64,000 nucleotides of DNA from a virus (Duplodnaviria > Caudoviricetes). The position numbers and the translations under genes were made by a program. A model generated the notes under the pieces. That model saw only the letters and a program-made list of their open reading frames with translations. It did not search any database and had not been told where the DNA came from. The stretch lies in the IMG/VR virus record IMGVR_UViG_3300044611_001018; one strand, 5' to 3'. Each line of letters starts with the position of its first letter. Position 1 is the first letter of the stretch. Shown piece after piece: positions 32,703 to 40,782 of the stretch.

Positions 32703-34607
32703 TTACAGTCTTATGAACTCGCCGTTTAAGTAGCTAGATGATACTATGTATTGTGATCCTGATATATCAATTCCAGAAGAGATTACATCATTAATCATAT
32801 TTACCATAGATTTAGAATTGTCTAATTGTAAGTATAAATCTTGTTTACCAATAACATCATTAGATTTTGGTATAGCAGAAAATTCAACTATATTATCACC
32901 AAAAGATTTTTTACTAGTTGCTATAATATTCAAAGCATTTATTTTAATCTCACCTTTTTTATAATCTATAGTTCCAACTTTTCTTCTAACAATAACTGGT
33001 TGATTTGAAGCATCCAATTTAAATAAAAATACTGCTCCAAATCCTTCAGCATGTGGAATGTCTGAAAGATAAACTGTACCAGTAATTCCATCAACAGAAA
33101 ATCCACTTGTTTTAAAATTATACCCACTTGGATTTTTGATATGGAATTCATTACCAAAGCAGATTTCATATTCGGTAAATTGACCTAATATAATTTTCAA
33201 GTCTCTCCTTATTTGTAAGGTTGTAATATTTGATGTAATTGCTATAGAAGAATCATCAATTAATTTTAGGAATTTGCTATACTTGAATCTAGATCCATAT
33301 CTATTTAACTCATCAGATTTAGCGAATTTTTCTAATGTTTGTTGGACTTGAGTTTTTAAAAAATCTGCATTACCTTGATTACTATTGTAGTAAACTTTTG
33401 TTTGATATTCAATATACAAATACTTTAAATCTATAAATTCTGGAATTATTCCCGCAACTGCATACTTTCTAAGAGTTGTTTTTAAGTTATCTTTAATAGC
33501 ATTTGGCAAATATGAACCGTTTTTTGGTTTAACTGTAATATATACTTTGCCAAATTTTGGGGGGTCCAATTCTTCTCCACCATAAACAGATACAGATTCT
33601 GTTTCTGGATAAATTAATGGTATTAGTGATTCATAATCTGATGCAGTAACTGCTCTATTTTGTGAAGAGTATACTCTTGGAGCTAATTTTTTAATCGATG
33701 CGATGGATTCGATATCTGACCCATATCCTGCCGCTTCTACGGTTGTTAATAGGGGTTCATCAACGGTAACTGGACTGCCGTTGTTATCTACTAGTCTTCC
33801 AGCAAAACTAAAAGCATTTATACCGTTTGCAATTGTTCCATTAGTTGTAACGTAACTTACCAAAATAAAGTTATCGTTTTCTAATTTGCTGCCAAATGTA
33901 TTATCTCCAAAAATTAATTCATATCTCTGGTCTTCAATTTCATTTAAGAAAAATACATCATCTGTTGATTTGACTGCAGTTAAATTATCGGCAAATTTAT
34001 AAACTCTAGAAATATTACTATTTTTACTTTCTCTAACAGTAACTCTTATCAAACTGGTATCAATATTTTCATTGTTTAAAATAAATCTTTGATTTTTATT
34101 TAAACTATTTACGGTAAAGTTGTCTTCAATATAAGAACCTTCATAAATTACAATATTATCAAAAGTAGCGATTCCATTTGATACAGGAACTGTTACATCG
34201 TCAGGAATTGAATAGATATAATTTAAATTTGAGAATGATGCATTAGATGTTGCAACTATTCCTTTACGTAAAGTAATTGAAATTGGATTTGTGGCAAATC
34301 CAGAAAGATTTACAAAGAATGATATCTTTGCTCTAGAAGATCTTACTGATCTTGGTAGATACCCTAAATTTCTAGCAAGAGAAACTACATTTTCTCTTAG
34401 AGTTGCTCCATCTAAGAATACCTCATTAGTTAACATATTTGCATTATATGAACTAATGTAAGTATTATATGCTAGGGTATCAATTAAAATACTAAAATTT
34501 GATCCTTCAAAATCATAATCTGTAAATCTACCATCAGCTCTCAAGAAACTTTTGATAGATTCCCTTATATCATTAAAATCTAGTGATGATACGTTAACTA
34601 ATGACAT
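32703..34607 (-). CDS. gp6: Baseplate wedge subunit
   Basis: LDFNDIRESIKSFL...FTDYDFEGSNFSILIDTLAYNTY...QNRAVTASDYE. Confidence 0.95.
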   Translation of the reverse strand: MSLVNVSSLDFNDIRESIKSFLRADGRFTDYDFEGSNFSILIDTLAYNTYISSYNANMLTNEVFLDGATLRENVVSLARNLGYLPRSVRSSRAKISFFVNLSGFATNPISITLRKGIVATSNASFSNLNYIYSIPDDVTVPVSNGIATFDNIVIYEGSYIEDNFTVNSLNKNQRFILNNENIDTSLIRVTVRESKNSNISRVYKFADNLTAVKSTDDVFFLNEIEDQRYELIFGDNTFGSKLENDNFILVSYVTTNGTIANGINAFSFAGRLVDNNGSPVTVDEPLLTTVEAAGYGSDIESIASIKKLAPRVYSSQNRAVTASDYESLIPLIYPETESVSVYGGEELDPPKFGKVYITVKPKNGSYLPNAIKDNLKTTLRKYAVAGIIPEFIDLKYLYIEYQTKVYYNSNQGNADFLKTQVQQTLEKFAKSDELNRYGSRFKYSKFLKLIDDSSIAITSNITTLQIRRDLKIILGQFTEYEICFGNEFHIKNPSGYNFKTSGFSVDGITGTVYLSDIPHAEGFGAVFLFKLDASNQPVIVRRKVGTIDYKKGEIKINALNIIATSKKSFGDNIVEFSAIPKSNDVIGKQDLYLQLDNSKSMVNMINDVISSGIDISGSQYIVSSSYLNGEFIRL

Positions 34608-35009
34608 TTATCTGGTTGGCAGTAATACAAATTCTAGTTGTTGTGGTAGGGCATCTATTCCAACTATTAAATATATCACTTTAACATCCATTGCTCCTTC
34701 ATCATAATTTGGAGTTACAGTAACTTCAACTAATTCAACCCTAGGTTCATTATTCCTTATAACACTTTCTATTTCGCTTTTTAATAATTCTGCGGTAGAA
34801 AAATCAATATTTTCAAATAATAATGCATTTGTGAGAGTTCCAATAGTAGGTTCAAAAAATTTCTCCCCTCTAGAGGTCAATACCAAATTCTGGACCGAAC
34901 GTGCTATGGCAGATTCATTCTTTAAAATAGATAAGTCTCTCGTCAGAGGATTTGCCCTTAACGAGAGACTAATATCCTTAAATCCAACACTAATACGCTC
35001 TAGCGGCAT
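34608..35009 (-). CDS. gp25: Baseplate wedge subunit, sheath initiator
   Basis: FKDISL...AIARSVQNLVLT..GEKFFEP.IG...NEPRV. Confidence 0.93.
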   Translation of the reverse strand: MPLERISVGFKDISLSLRANPLTRDLSILKNESAIARSVQNLVLTSRGEKFFEPTIGTLTNALLFENIDFSTAELLKSEIESVIRNNEPRVELVEVTVTPNYDEGAMDVKVIYLIVGIDALPQQLEFVLLPTR

Positions 35010-35031
35010 TATTTCGAGTATTATTATGATT

Positions 35032-35039
35032 TATTTATA
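35032..35039 (-). promoter_or_regulatory. Late promoter TATAAATA heading the baseplate operon
   Basis: Exact T4 late consensus 23 nt upstream of the gp25 ATG. Confidence 0.75.
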
Positions 35040-35047
35040 GTGGTTTT

Positions 35048-35299
35048 TTACCACTTATGTCCCCAACTTGGTTCAGTGCCGTAGGACCAATCATCATAAT
35101 CTTCATCATTACGAATTTTTTCATGAAGTTCATTTTGAACTTCAAAATCATGCTTTTTTGGGGTTTTATCATCGTTTGCGATCTCTCGCAACATCTTTTT
35201 TTCTTTAATTACTTCTGTTGAATTGTAATCTGAGATTAAACTAGTTGTTCCCCACATATTATACATGTAGTTTACATCACGATCTGCTGGTTTACCCAT
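35048..35299 (-). CDS. Hypothetical protein
   Basis: 83-aa ORF in the co-directional gene run. Confidence 0.7.
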   Translation of the reverse strand: MGKPADRDVNYMYNMWGTTSLISDYNSTEVIKEKKMLREIANDDKTPKKHDFEVQNELHEKIRNDEDYDDWSYGTEPSWGHKW

Positions 35300-35350
35300 T
35301 TTGCTCTCCTGATTTGTTAAATCAGAACTTTTTACGGGGTTGCTATCCCG

Positions 35351-35950
35351 TCAATCAATATAAAAACCAGTTCTTAAGTAATCTTCATCCTTAATATAGT
35401 TATAATTTTTGTCAATTGGTGCATTTTCATCCTTCCAAACTGGTATTGCAACAGTGTTACCATACCTAAAATCTGGGTTTTGTCTAAAATGAACCTCTAT
35501 TAGACGATTTCCAATAAATTCACAATTAATATACTCATAACTACCGACCAAATCATTTAAAATTTCAGGAAAAGTAACCTCTTGGTCCATTCTTTCCCAT
35601 TTTTCCCATTTATAGAGAGGACTGAATGGTTCTCGTGTACCTAAAACCACCAATTCAGACTTCTTATCCCTAAAATCTACACTTAAGTGTGGTCCATGGA
35701 ATATTTCACACCAAAACTCTCCTGGATGGTATTGGTCGGTGTACTTGTAAATCCATTCTTTGCGAGCATACCGACCCATTCCAAGCATATTCATCATTGG
35801 GCGAACAATATAAAAGTCGGGTTTAGGAACTGAAGACCCAATTGGTCCACAAGTATATCCTAAAACCCGACTTAAAAATAATTTATTGTAAACCCACAAA
35901 TCAGAAGTATGAATATTCTCCCACTCTTCCTGTGAATCTAAAAAATACAT
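35351..35950 (-). CDS. Hypothetical protein, possible ATP-grasp fold
   Basis: 199 aa; YIVRPMMNMLGMG, WCEIFHGPHLSVD, INCEFIGNRLIEVHFR pattern. Confidence 0.7.
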   Translation of the reverse strand: MYFLDSQEEWENIHTSDLWVYNKLFLSRVLGYTCGPIGSSVPKPDFYIVRPMMNMLGMGRYARKEWIYKYTDQYHPGEFWCEIFHGPHLSVDFRDKKSELVVLGTREPFSPLYKWEKWERMDQEVTFPEILNDLVGSYEYINCEFIGNRLIEVHFRQNPDFRYGNTVAIPVWKDENAPIDKNYNYIKDEDYLRTGFYID

Positions 35951-35975
35951 GAATTATAGTTAATTCTTATAGTAT

Positions 35976-36116
35976 TTAACCTTGTCCTCTATACCTCTTA
36001 CGTGCTCCGTTACGAGACGTTGCGGCGTACTTTGTATGTTTACCCATACCTTGCCGAGTTTTTTTGGGTTTTGATTCAATAACAACTTTACTAGTCAGTG
36101 AAGGTCTTTTTGCCAT
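35976..36116 (-). CDS. Small basic protein (46 aa)
   Basis: Manually translated MAKRPSLTSKVVIESKPKKTRQGMGKHTKYAATSRNGARKRYRGQG. Confidence 0.65.
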   Translation of the reverse strand: MAKRPSLTSKVVIESKPKKTRQGMGKHTKYAATSRNGARKRYRGQG

Positions 36117-36118
36117 AG

Positions 36119-36289
36119 TTAATTTTCAAATAATGGTTCAAGTGAAATCAAATTGGGGTCGATATCTTCCCCCGAGAAAAAGCGTTCAGAGAACTCTTGA
36201 AGAATCTCAGTACAGTCTTCAAGAGTCATACTCTGATATAACGCTCTACCATTATAACACACGTTATAAAGTTTCTCAGAGGTACTCAT
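36119..36289 (-). CDS. Hypothetical protein (56 aa)
   Basis: Manually translated MSTSEKLYNVCYNGRALYQSMTLEDCTEILQEFSERFF...; fills the gap exactly. Confidence 0.6.
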   Translation of the reverse strand: MSTSEKLYNVCYNGRALYQSMTLEDCTEILQEFSERFFSGEDIDPNLISLEPLFEN

Positions 36290-36290
36290 A

Positions 36291-37076
36291 TCAGATTACG
36301 CGAGTCTTCTCATGTCCAACGCGAATCCGTGGGTCACACCACGTTTCAATGCCTGCCTCTTTTGCATCTAGACAGAACGATACGTCCTCTCCACACATAT
36401 CTTGAACTGCACCAGATTCAAAGACTTGCATCTTAGGAGCAAACCAAGGATATTCAAGACGTTCAAAGACACCATGACGAATCATAACCCATCCAAAACC
36501 TGTGTAATCCACGGTGAATGGTTTGCGTCTCTTTGCCATAGATTCAGTGGTTTCATGATTCATAACACCACCGTTCTTACGGAAGTCATCCTCTTCCAAC
36601 CAGTGAGCAACTGAAGTAGTTACCCCATCCTCAGTGGCATACCAACCAGCAACGATTTCTTTTTCTTGCTGTGGGATACCTTCTTTGTCTGGTCCAGGTA
36701 CTGCGAGATCGCACAGTTGCCAGAATTTTTCTGTATTAAACACAATGTCATTATCAATCCAAAGTTGATAATCGTATTGTAGCTTACCGTCCCAAGGAAT
36801 TTGCTTAGGTCCACGAAGAACGTTTGCACCAAGACACTTGCAACGTGCAAAGTTAACCATGGAAGAATAATCTTGAGAGATCTGAATACTCATACCATTT
36901 TGTACAAGGTCAAAACACAGTTGTACAAATGATTTCAGAAATTGATAGGAGCAACCACGTCCTGGGAGACAAAAGACGATGCTCTTGCCCCTCATTCTCT
37001 CCCTAATTGCATCATAGTCCCACTGCTCTTGTGGTTGAGTCGGAGCTGTGGCTTTTACGGTGAATCCTTTTGCCAT
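36291..37076 (-). CDS. Glycosyltransferase (GT-A / GT2-like)
   Basis: IVFCLPGRG, WIDNDIVF (DxD), VDYTGFGWVMI, GEDVSFC, RVGHEK. Confidence 0.8.
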   Translation of the reverse strand: MAKGFTVKATAPTQPQEQWDYDAIRERMRGKSIVFCLPGRGCSYQFLKSFVQLCFDLVQNGMSIQISQDYSSMVNFARCKCLGANVLRGPKQIPWDGKLQYDYQLWIDNDIVFNTEKFWQLCDLAVPGPDKEGIPQQEKEIVAGWYATEDGVTTSVAHWLEEDDFRKNGGVMNHETTESMAKRRKPFTVDYTGFGWVMIRHGVFERLEYPWFAPKMQVFESGAVQDMCGEDVSFCLDAKEAGIETWCDPRIRVGHEKTRVI

Positions 37077-37099
37077 GTTAATTAAGTTTCTTCAGGTCA

Positions 37100-37128
37100 A
37101 TTCTAACGTTTAGTTTTTAGTTTGTCAA
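37100..37128 (-). promoter_or_regulatory. Sigma70-type promoter TTGACA-N17-TAGAAT
   Basis: Near-consensus hexamers with a 17-nt spacer upstream of the glycosyltransferase. Confidence 0.75.
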
Positions 37129-37286
37129 TAGGAAGACTCTACCATGAGTTGTCGATTTACTTCGACTTCCTCATAATCAAACTCTTTGTCTTTGAGTTCT
37201 TCCCACTTCTCTATGAATTCGTCTTCAGAGAGAACTGCGTCAACACAATGATTATCTTTGTCATAGATGTGATAAACTTTGTCCAT
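37125..37286 (-). CDS. Hypothetical protein (53 aa)
   Basis: MDKVYHIYDKDNHCVDAVLSEDEF...; GAGG SD before ATG 37286; extended -10 TGCTATAAT at 37321-37329. Confidence 0.65.
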   Translation of the reverse strand: MDKVYHIYDKDNHCVDAVLSEDEFIEKWEELKDKEFDYEEVEVNRQLMVESSY

Positions 37287-37544
37287 ATTAAATCCTCTTG
37301 ACATTTTTATGTATAATGGTATTATAGCATACCCTTTAGGGTTTATACGACCTTCTGAGGGAAATTTTTTTCCCAAAAATTTTTCATATGAAAGTGAAAT
37401 CACTCACTCGAATTGTCACCTCTGTAGGTTAGGGTAGTGATCGATTTTATATACGGGGGGGGCGCAGGGGGCCGCATTAGTATAACTTATGAATCGATTT
37501 AACTGCCATAACGGATACTGATGAATGAAAGTGTCCGCACGAAT

Positions 37545-37572
37545 ATAAAAAACCCCCTCACGAATGAGGGGG
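37545..37572 (-). terminator. Rho-independent terminator closing the early-gene block
   Basis: Minus strand CCCCCTCA-TTCG-TGAGGGGG followed by TTTTTT (UUCG tetraloop). Confidence 0.85.
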
Positions 37573-37583
37573 CAAAGTGTTAA

Positions 37584-37754
37584 TCAGGGCAGGCAACCTT
37601 TGGAGTCAAGTATACCAATGTGTAGAACATTGTTATACAAACCAGCATAAAGTCTGCCGATTGATAACCCGAACTGCTCATCATCTTTCCATGCCTTTGT
37701 ATCAACGCCAAAGTAGAAGATGGCGGCGAATTGTTGAGGAGTAGAGAAGCGCAT
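37584..37754 (-). CDS. Hypothetical protein (56 aa)
   Basis: Manually translated MRFSTPQQFAAIFYFGVDTKAWKDDEQFGLSIGRLYAGLY...; ends just before the terminator. Confidence 0.55.
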   Translation of the reverse strand: MRFSTPQQFAAIFYFGVDTKAWKDDEQFGLSIGRLYAGLYNNVLHIGILDSKGCLP

Positions 37755-37805
37755 TGTGGTGATGATAGTGTTAACGAAGGGGGGGCATTTCTGCCCCCGT
37801 TAAGT

Positions 37806-37946
37806 TTACTCCTCAGGACCGAAAGCACACTCTAGAGAGTACATTTCCAGTTCCTGATCATCATCATAGAATGATGCCCAATCATCCTCAGTGGGGATAT
37901 AAACATCCTCAATCTGAGGGTCACAAACGAAAGAATCGAAGTTCAT
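37806..37946 (-). CDS. Small acidic hypothetical protein
   Basis: MNFDSFVCDPQIEDVY...LECAFGPEE; TAAGAT -10-like box at 37988-37993. Confidence 0.6.
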   Translation of the reverse strand: MNFDSFVCDPQIEDVYIPTEDDWASFYDDDQELEMYSLECAFGPEE

Positions 37947-38034
37947 TTTCAGGTGTGGGGTTGTGCGGGTGTGTCCCGCTTGAATGTATCTTAAGGGGTG
38001 GGGGCACCCTATGGGCACCCCCTGTCACATTTCG

Positions 38035-38295
38035 TTAGATTCCAGAGAGGGCAGCAATCAGGCGGTCACGCTTGCGGATTTGCTCAAAGTTCACAAACCA
38101 CAGATCCCGCTTTCCGTTATCGGAACGGGTGGCACCTAGAACGCCATCCTTTTCGAGGTCAACCATAAGGGCGTGAATGGTGCCCTTATGGCGACGGGGG
38201 TCAAGACCCATAGAGCGCACAAGGTCGCTGCAGGTCTGGGGTCCGTCGTTGATCAGGCGGGTACGGATTGCGGCGCGGATGATGGAAGCGAACAT
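38035..38295 (-). CDS. Putative winged-helix DNA-binding protein
   Basis: GPQTCSDLVRSMGL...KGTIHALMVDLEKDGVL resembles the MarR/IclR-type HTH plus wing pattern. Confidence 0.55.
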   Translation of the reverse strand: MFASIIRAAIRTRLINDGPQTCSDLVRSMGLDPRRHKGTIHALMVDLEKDGVLGATRSDNGKRDLWFVNFEQIRKRDRLIAALSGI

Positions 38296-38359
38296 GGTCG
38301 GTTTGGGGTTGGGCGAGGTCCGTTTGCCTCGCTTGACAGTATCCTAGACGGTCGGGCGG

Positions 38360-38527
38360 TCAGGTCGTGACCAGAACGGGCGAATCGTTACAATCGGAAA
38401 TAATGTTAACTTGCTCAAAAAATTGCATCCATTCCTCATCACTTAAGACGGTGCAGTTCTTTTCAACAAGTTCAGCGATTCTTTCGGCGGGAAGTTTAAA
38501 CCGAAGGCGGGAGGGATAGTGTGTCAT
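38360..38527 (-). CDS. Hypothetical protein (55 aa)
   Basis: Manually translated MTHYPSRLRFKLPAERIAELVEKNC...; ATGA overlap with the upstream ORF. Confidence 0.55.
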   Translation of the reverse strand: MTHYPSRLRFKLPAERIAELVEKNCTVLSDEEWMQFFEQVNIISDCNDSPVLVTT

Positions 38528-38631
38528 TCTTGAATGATGTTAGCGACGGTGTGCAATGTTGCAGCGGTGGTGTTTCTAACTGGTGATGAGAATAGAAACG
38601 CAACCGCAAAAATCAGAAAGAATGTTCTCAT
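38524..38631 (-). CDS. Small hydrophobic protein (35 aa)
   Basis: MRTFFLIFAVAFLFSSPVRNTTAATLHTVANIIQE; ATGA overlaps on both sides. Confidence 0.55.
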   Translation of the reverse strand: MRTFFLIFAVAFLFSSPVRNTTAATLHTVANIIQE

Positions 38632-38789
38632 TTTTGACCCTCACTGAAAGTAACAACCTCAGCAGGAGAACCACAGGAACGATAGAAATCTACCATACGC
38701 TTTGCCTCATCAATTGTGGGGAAAGTTTGCTCCCGCCATTCACAAGAATTGTAGGGAGTTTGGTAGCGAATGGTGATACCGAGTGCCAT
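38628..38789 (-). CDS. Hypothetical protein (53 aa)
   Basis: MALGITIRYQTPYNSCEWREQTFPTIDEAKRMVDFYRSCGSPAEVV... Confidence 0.65.
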   Translation of the reverse strand: MALGITIRYQTPYNSCEWREQTFPTIDEAKRMVDFYRSCGSPAEVVTFSEGQK

Positions 38790-38850
38790 GATCTTGTGGG
38801 TTTGAAGGTGAAGAATTGGGGGGGAATTTCACCCCCCGTTGTTGTTAACC

Positions 38851-39036
38851 TCAGGCAGTTACAACTGCCACAGTGTAACTAGGACCGCCAAGATTGAAGG
38901 TGCCAATCTTAACAGGAACTCCACCGAGTTCAGCACTCCAATCAAACGCGGCATCGTATGCCTGATCTTGAGTGTAGAACCATTCCTGATCAGCAGGAAC
39001 GAAATCGGTGTGGTCGGGGAGAATGTAGAACCGCAT
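38851..39036 (-). CDS. Hypothetical protein (61 aa)
   Basis: MRFYILPD...AYDAAFDWSAELGG; TAGGAT -10 at 39062-39067. Confidence 0.65.
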   Translation of the reverse strand: MRFYILPDHTDFVPADQEWFYTQDQAYDAAFDWSAELGGVPVKIGTFNLGGPSYTVAVVTA

Positions 39037-39109
39037 GGGGGTGTCCCGTGTTGACCTTGGTATCCTACAGCATGGGAGGGGGGCACCCGTGCCCCCCGTT
39101 AACAAAGGT

Positions 39110-39727
39110 TCACACTAGACCTTTGTGTATCCTACGATACGCGACCCATGTAATCGCCTGAACTTGTGCCGCTGAATGATACTTTTCGGTGACGCTTGAG
39201 ATTAACTTAGCAGCGTCACGGTAAGCATCTTGAATCAGCAGGAAAGTTTTGTCTGACATAGAAGGAACTTCTTTCAGGTTAGAAACACTTCCGTTCCAAA
39301 TGTTGTAGGCGTGACCATCAATGCAGGGAGTGTCAGAATTGCCATCCTTTGCAATACAATTGTAGAAGGCAATTGTTTTGTTTCCGCGTAGAACTTTCTC
39401 GATATACTGATCAGAATCGAGTTGCAGTTCAATGATAGTCCGCGCCTTATCTTTGTTGATAGAATAGGTTGAGACTTTCACATTCTCAAACGGAATTTCA
39501 TAACAATAGGCGCGGAGCATTGTTTCAGCATCCTCTACATTTTGATCCCATTTGTTGTTAGGAGAAAGTGCAGCGATAACACCTGCCACGGTGTTAGGGC
39601 AGAAACCATACTTTTCGCCTAAAGTAACACAAACCATGTAGGCGTTGTGATACCATTGGGCGCCCATCTGCCGATCCAGAGTGTTGCTCTGGAAATAGGT
39701 TGCGATGATCGAATCGGTGTGTGCCAT
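39110..39727 (-). CDS. Hypothetical protein, possible HhH-GPD glycosylase-like fold
   Basis: 205 aa; AGVIAALSPNNKW, GNKTIAFY, PCIDGHAYNIW, VQAITWV. Confidence 0.7.
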   Translation of the reverse strand: MAHTDSIIATYFQSNTLDRQMGAQWYHNAYMVCVTLGEKYGFCPNTVAGVIAALSPNNKWDQNVEDAETMLRAYCYEIPFENVKVSTYSINKDKARTIIELQLDSDQYIEKVLRGNKTIAFYNCIAKDGNSDTPCIDGHAYNIWNGSVSNLKEVPSMSDKTFLLIQDAYRDAAKLISSVTEKYHSAAQVQAITWVAYRRIHKGLV

Positions 39728-39900
39728 GGGGGTGGGTTGGCGTTGCCAGAATCCTACAGCATCGGGGGCACCCTGCAACGGGTTTTACCATCAGGGTTTC
39801 TTATGGGTGACATCAGAAATACTTATGAGCCAGGGGTTGACTTTTAGGGGGCACCGCCCCTACGCTAGAGGGCGGGAGGGGTGGGAAGCATACAGGTATA

Positions 39901-39929
39901 AAAAAACCCCGCCATCGGCGGGGTTTTGT
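39901..39929. terminator. Bidirectional Rho-independent terminator
   Basis: AAAAAAA-CCCCGCC-ATC-GGCGGG(G)-TTTTGT: GC stem flanked by A- and T-tracts. Confidence 0.8.
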
Positions 39930-39935
39930 GTTAGA

Positions 39936-40124
39936 TTAGAACTCTACAATCCAGTCAGGATCTTTGTTTAGATTAACCCAGAAGTGGTTTCTACCGTTGT
40001 GACTGGTGAGGAATACTTTATCCCCTTTGTGTTGTTCTACAATACATTCATCAATTCCATCCATTAAATTAGCAAATCTGTTTTTTGCTTTTTTAGATAC
40101 AGGCGTGACGAATGCGGTGTCCAT
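39936..40124 (-). CDS. Hypothetical protein
   Basis: 62 aa; VTPVSKKAKNRFANLMDG...HFWV...DPDW. Confidence 0.7.
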   Translation of the reverse strand: MDTAFVTPVSKKAKNRFANLMDGIDECIVEQHKGDKVFLTSHNGRNHFWVNLNKDPDWIVEF

Positions 40125-40128
40125 GGTG

Positions 40129-40260
40129 TCAGAAATCGATTGGTTCTAGAGTCGCTTGCATTGTATCATCAGAAGCGGCGATGGTGTCAAGAATCTTGAG
40201 GATTTCTTCACCATTGTTACCCTGACGAAGCATTGAAATCAGAATCGAAGCGTTTTCCAT
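40129..40260 (-). CDS. Hypothetical protein (43 aa)
   Basis: Manually translated MENASILISMLRQGNNGEEILKILDTIAA... Confidence 0.6.
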   Translation of the reverse strand: MENASILISMLRQGNNGEEILKILDTIAASDDTMQATLEPIDF

Positions 40261-40272
40261 GATACGTGATAC

Positions 40273-40334
40273 CTAGTCGAGATTTGTAAGTGTGATAAAC
40301 TCGTCGAGATTAAATGTGATAATCTCGACGAGAT
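40273..40334. repeat. Three copies of the palindrome (AT)CTCG[A/T]CGAGAT
   Basis: 40273 CTAGTCGAGATTT, 40300 CTCGTCGAGATT, 40321 AATCTCGACGAGAT; intergenic. Confidence 0.85.
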
Positions 40335-40343
40335 CTGTTGCTA

Positions 40344-40556
40344 TCAGGCAGCGACCAGTTGCTCGCTCTTGATGGCAGCGTTAACAAAGCGACCCACGCT
40401 ACCCTGAGCATTGATGGTGCTGGTCAGTTCGCTAACAAACTGATCAACTTGGGGCACAGCGTAGGTATACTCACGACCACCGTTGAAGGTGATGGTCACT
40501 TTACCATCTTGCACGTCGCTGATGGACTCGATGGCGGAAGAAGTGAAGTTAAACAT
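40344..40556 (-). CDS. KTSC-domain-like protein
   Basis: SSAIESI...ITFNGGREYTYAVP...GSVGRFVNAAIK matches the KTSC pattern. Confidence 0.6.
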   Translation of the reverse strand: MFNFTSSAIESISDVQDGKVTITFNGGREYTYAVPQVDQFVSELTSTINAQGSVGRFVNAAIKSEQLVAA

Positions 40557-40626
40557 AATGAATTCAAAAAGTAAAGGTTTGAGTGAAGTGTTTTGAGCGG
40601 GATGCTTCACCCCCGCTTGTGAACCT

Positions 40627-40655
40627 AGATTAGCATCACCGCCGTGCGGTGTCAA
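40627..40655 (-). promoter_or_regulatory. Sigma70-type promoter TTGACA-N17-TAATCT, with a dyad element just upstream
   Basis: Plus strand AGATTA 40627-32 and TGTCAA 40650-55. Confidence 0.65.
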
Positions 40656-40779
40656 CCTCTTGGACCACTTCGACAACTGTCACAATCTGTTTATCTTCGT
40701 TGAGATAATTTGTTGTGATTTCATTCGGTCCTGTAATTACTTGACCGACAACGTATGCAACAAGCAAGGATTCAATCAT
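40636..40779 (-). CDS. Hypothetical protein (47 aa)
   Basis: MIESLLVAYVVGQVITGPNEITTNYL...; C-terminus reads through the dyad and promoter. Confidence 0.55.
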   Translation of the reverse strand: MIESLLVAYVVGQVITGPNEITTNYLNEDKQIVTVVEVVQEVDTARR

Positions 40780-40782
40780 GAT

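Noticed and set aside
37454-37472. G-quadruplex at the G-runs
   Set aside because: Only two G-tracts in proximity; four are needed for an intramolecular G4
37512-37540. CTGATGA...GAAA resembling a hammerhead ribozyme core
   Set aside because: Both motifs sit in the loop of a single hairpin; stems II and III and an NUH site cannot be built
37580-37828. Track ORFs 37580-37828 and 43674-43886 (-)
   Set aside because: Wrong frames; the overlapping frames 37584-37754 and 43678-43848 fit the promoters and terminators and look protein-like
38024-38045. Possible twelfth dyad upstream of the TAAGAT box at 37988
   Set aside because: The position fits (30 nt) but the sequence GTCACATTT-CGTT-AGATTCCAG is too degenerate to count
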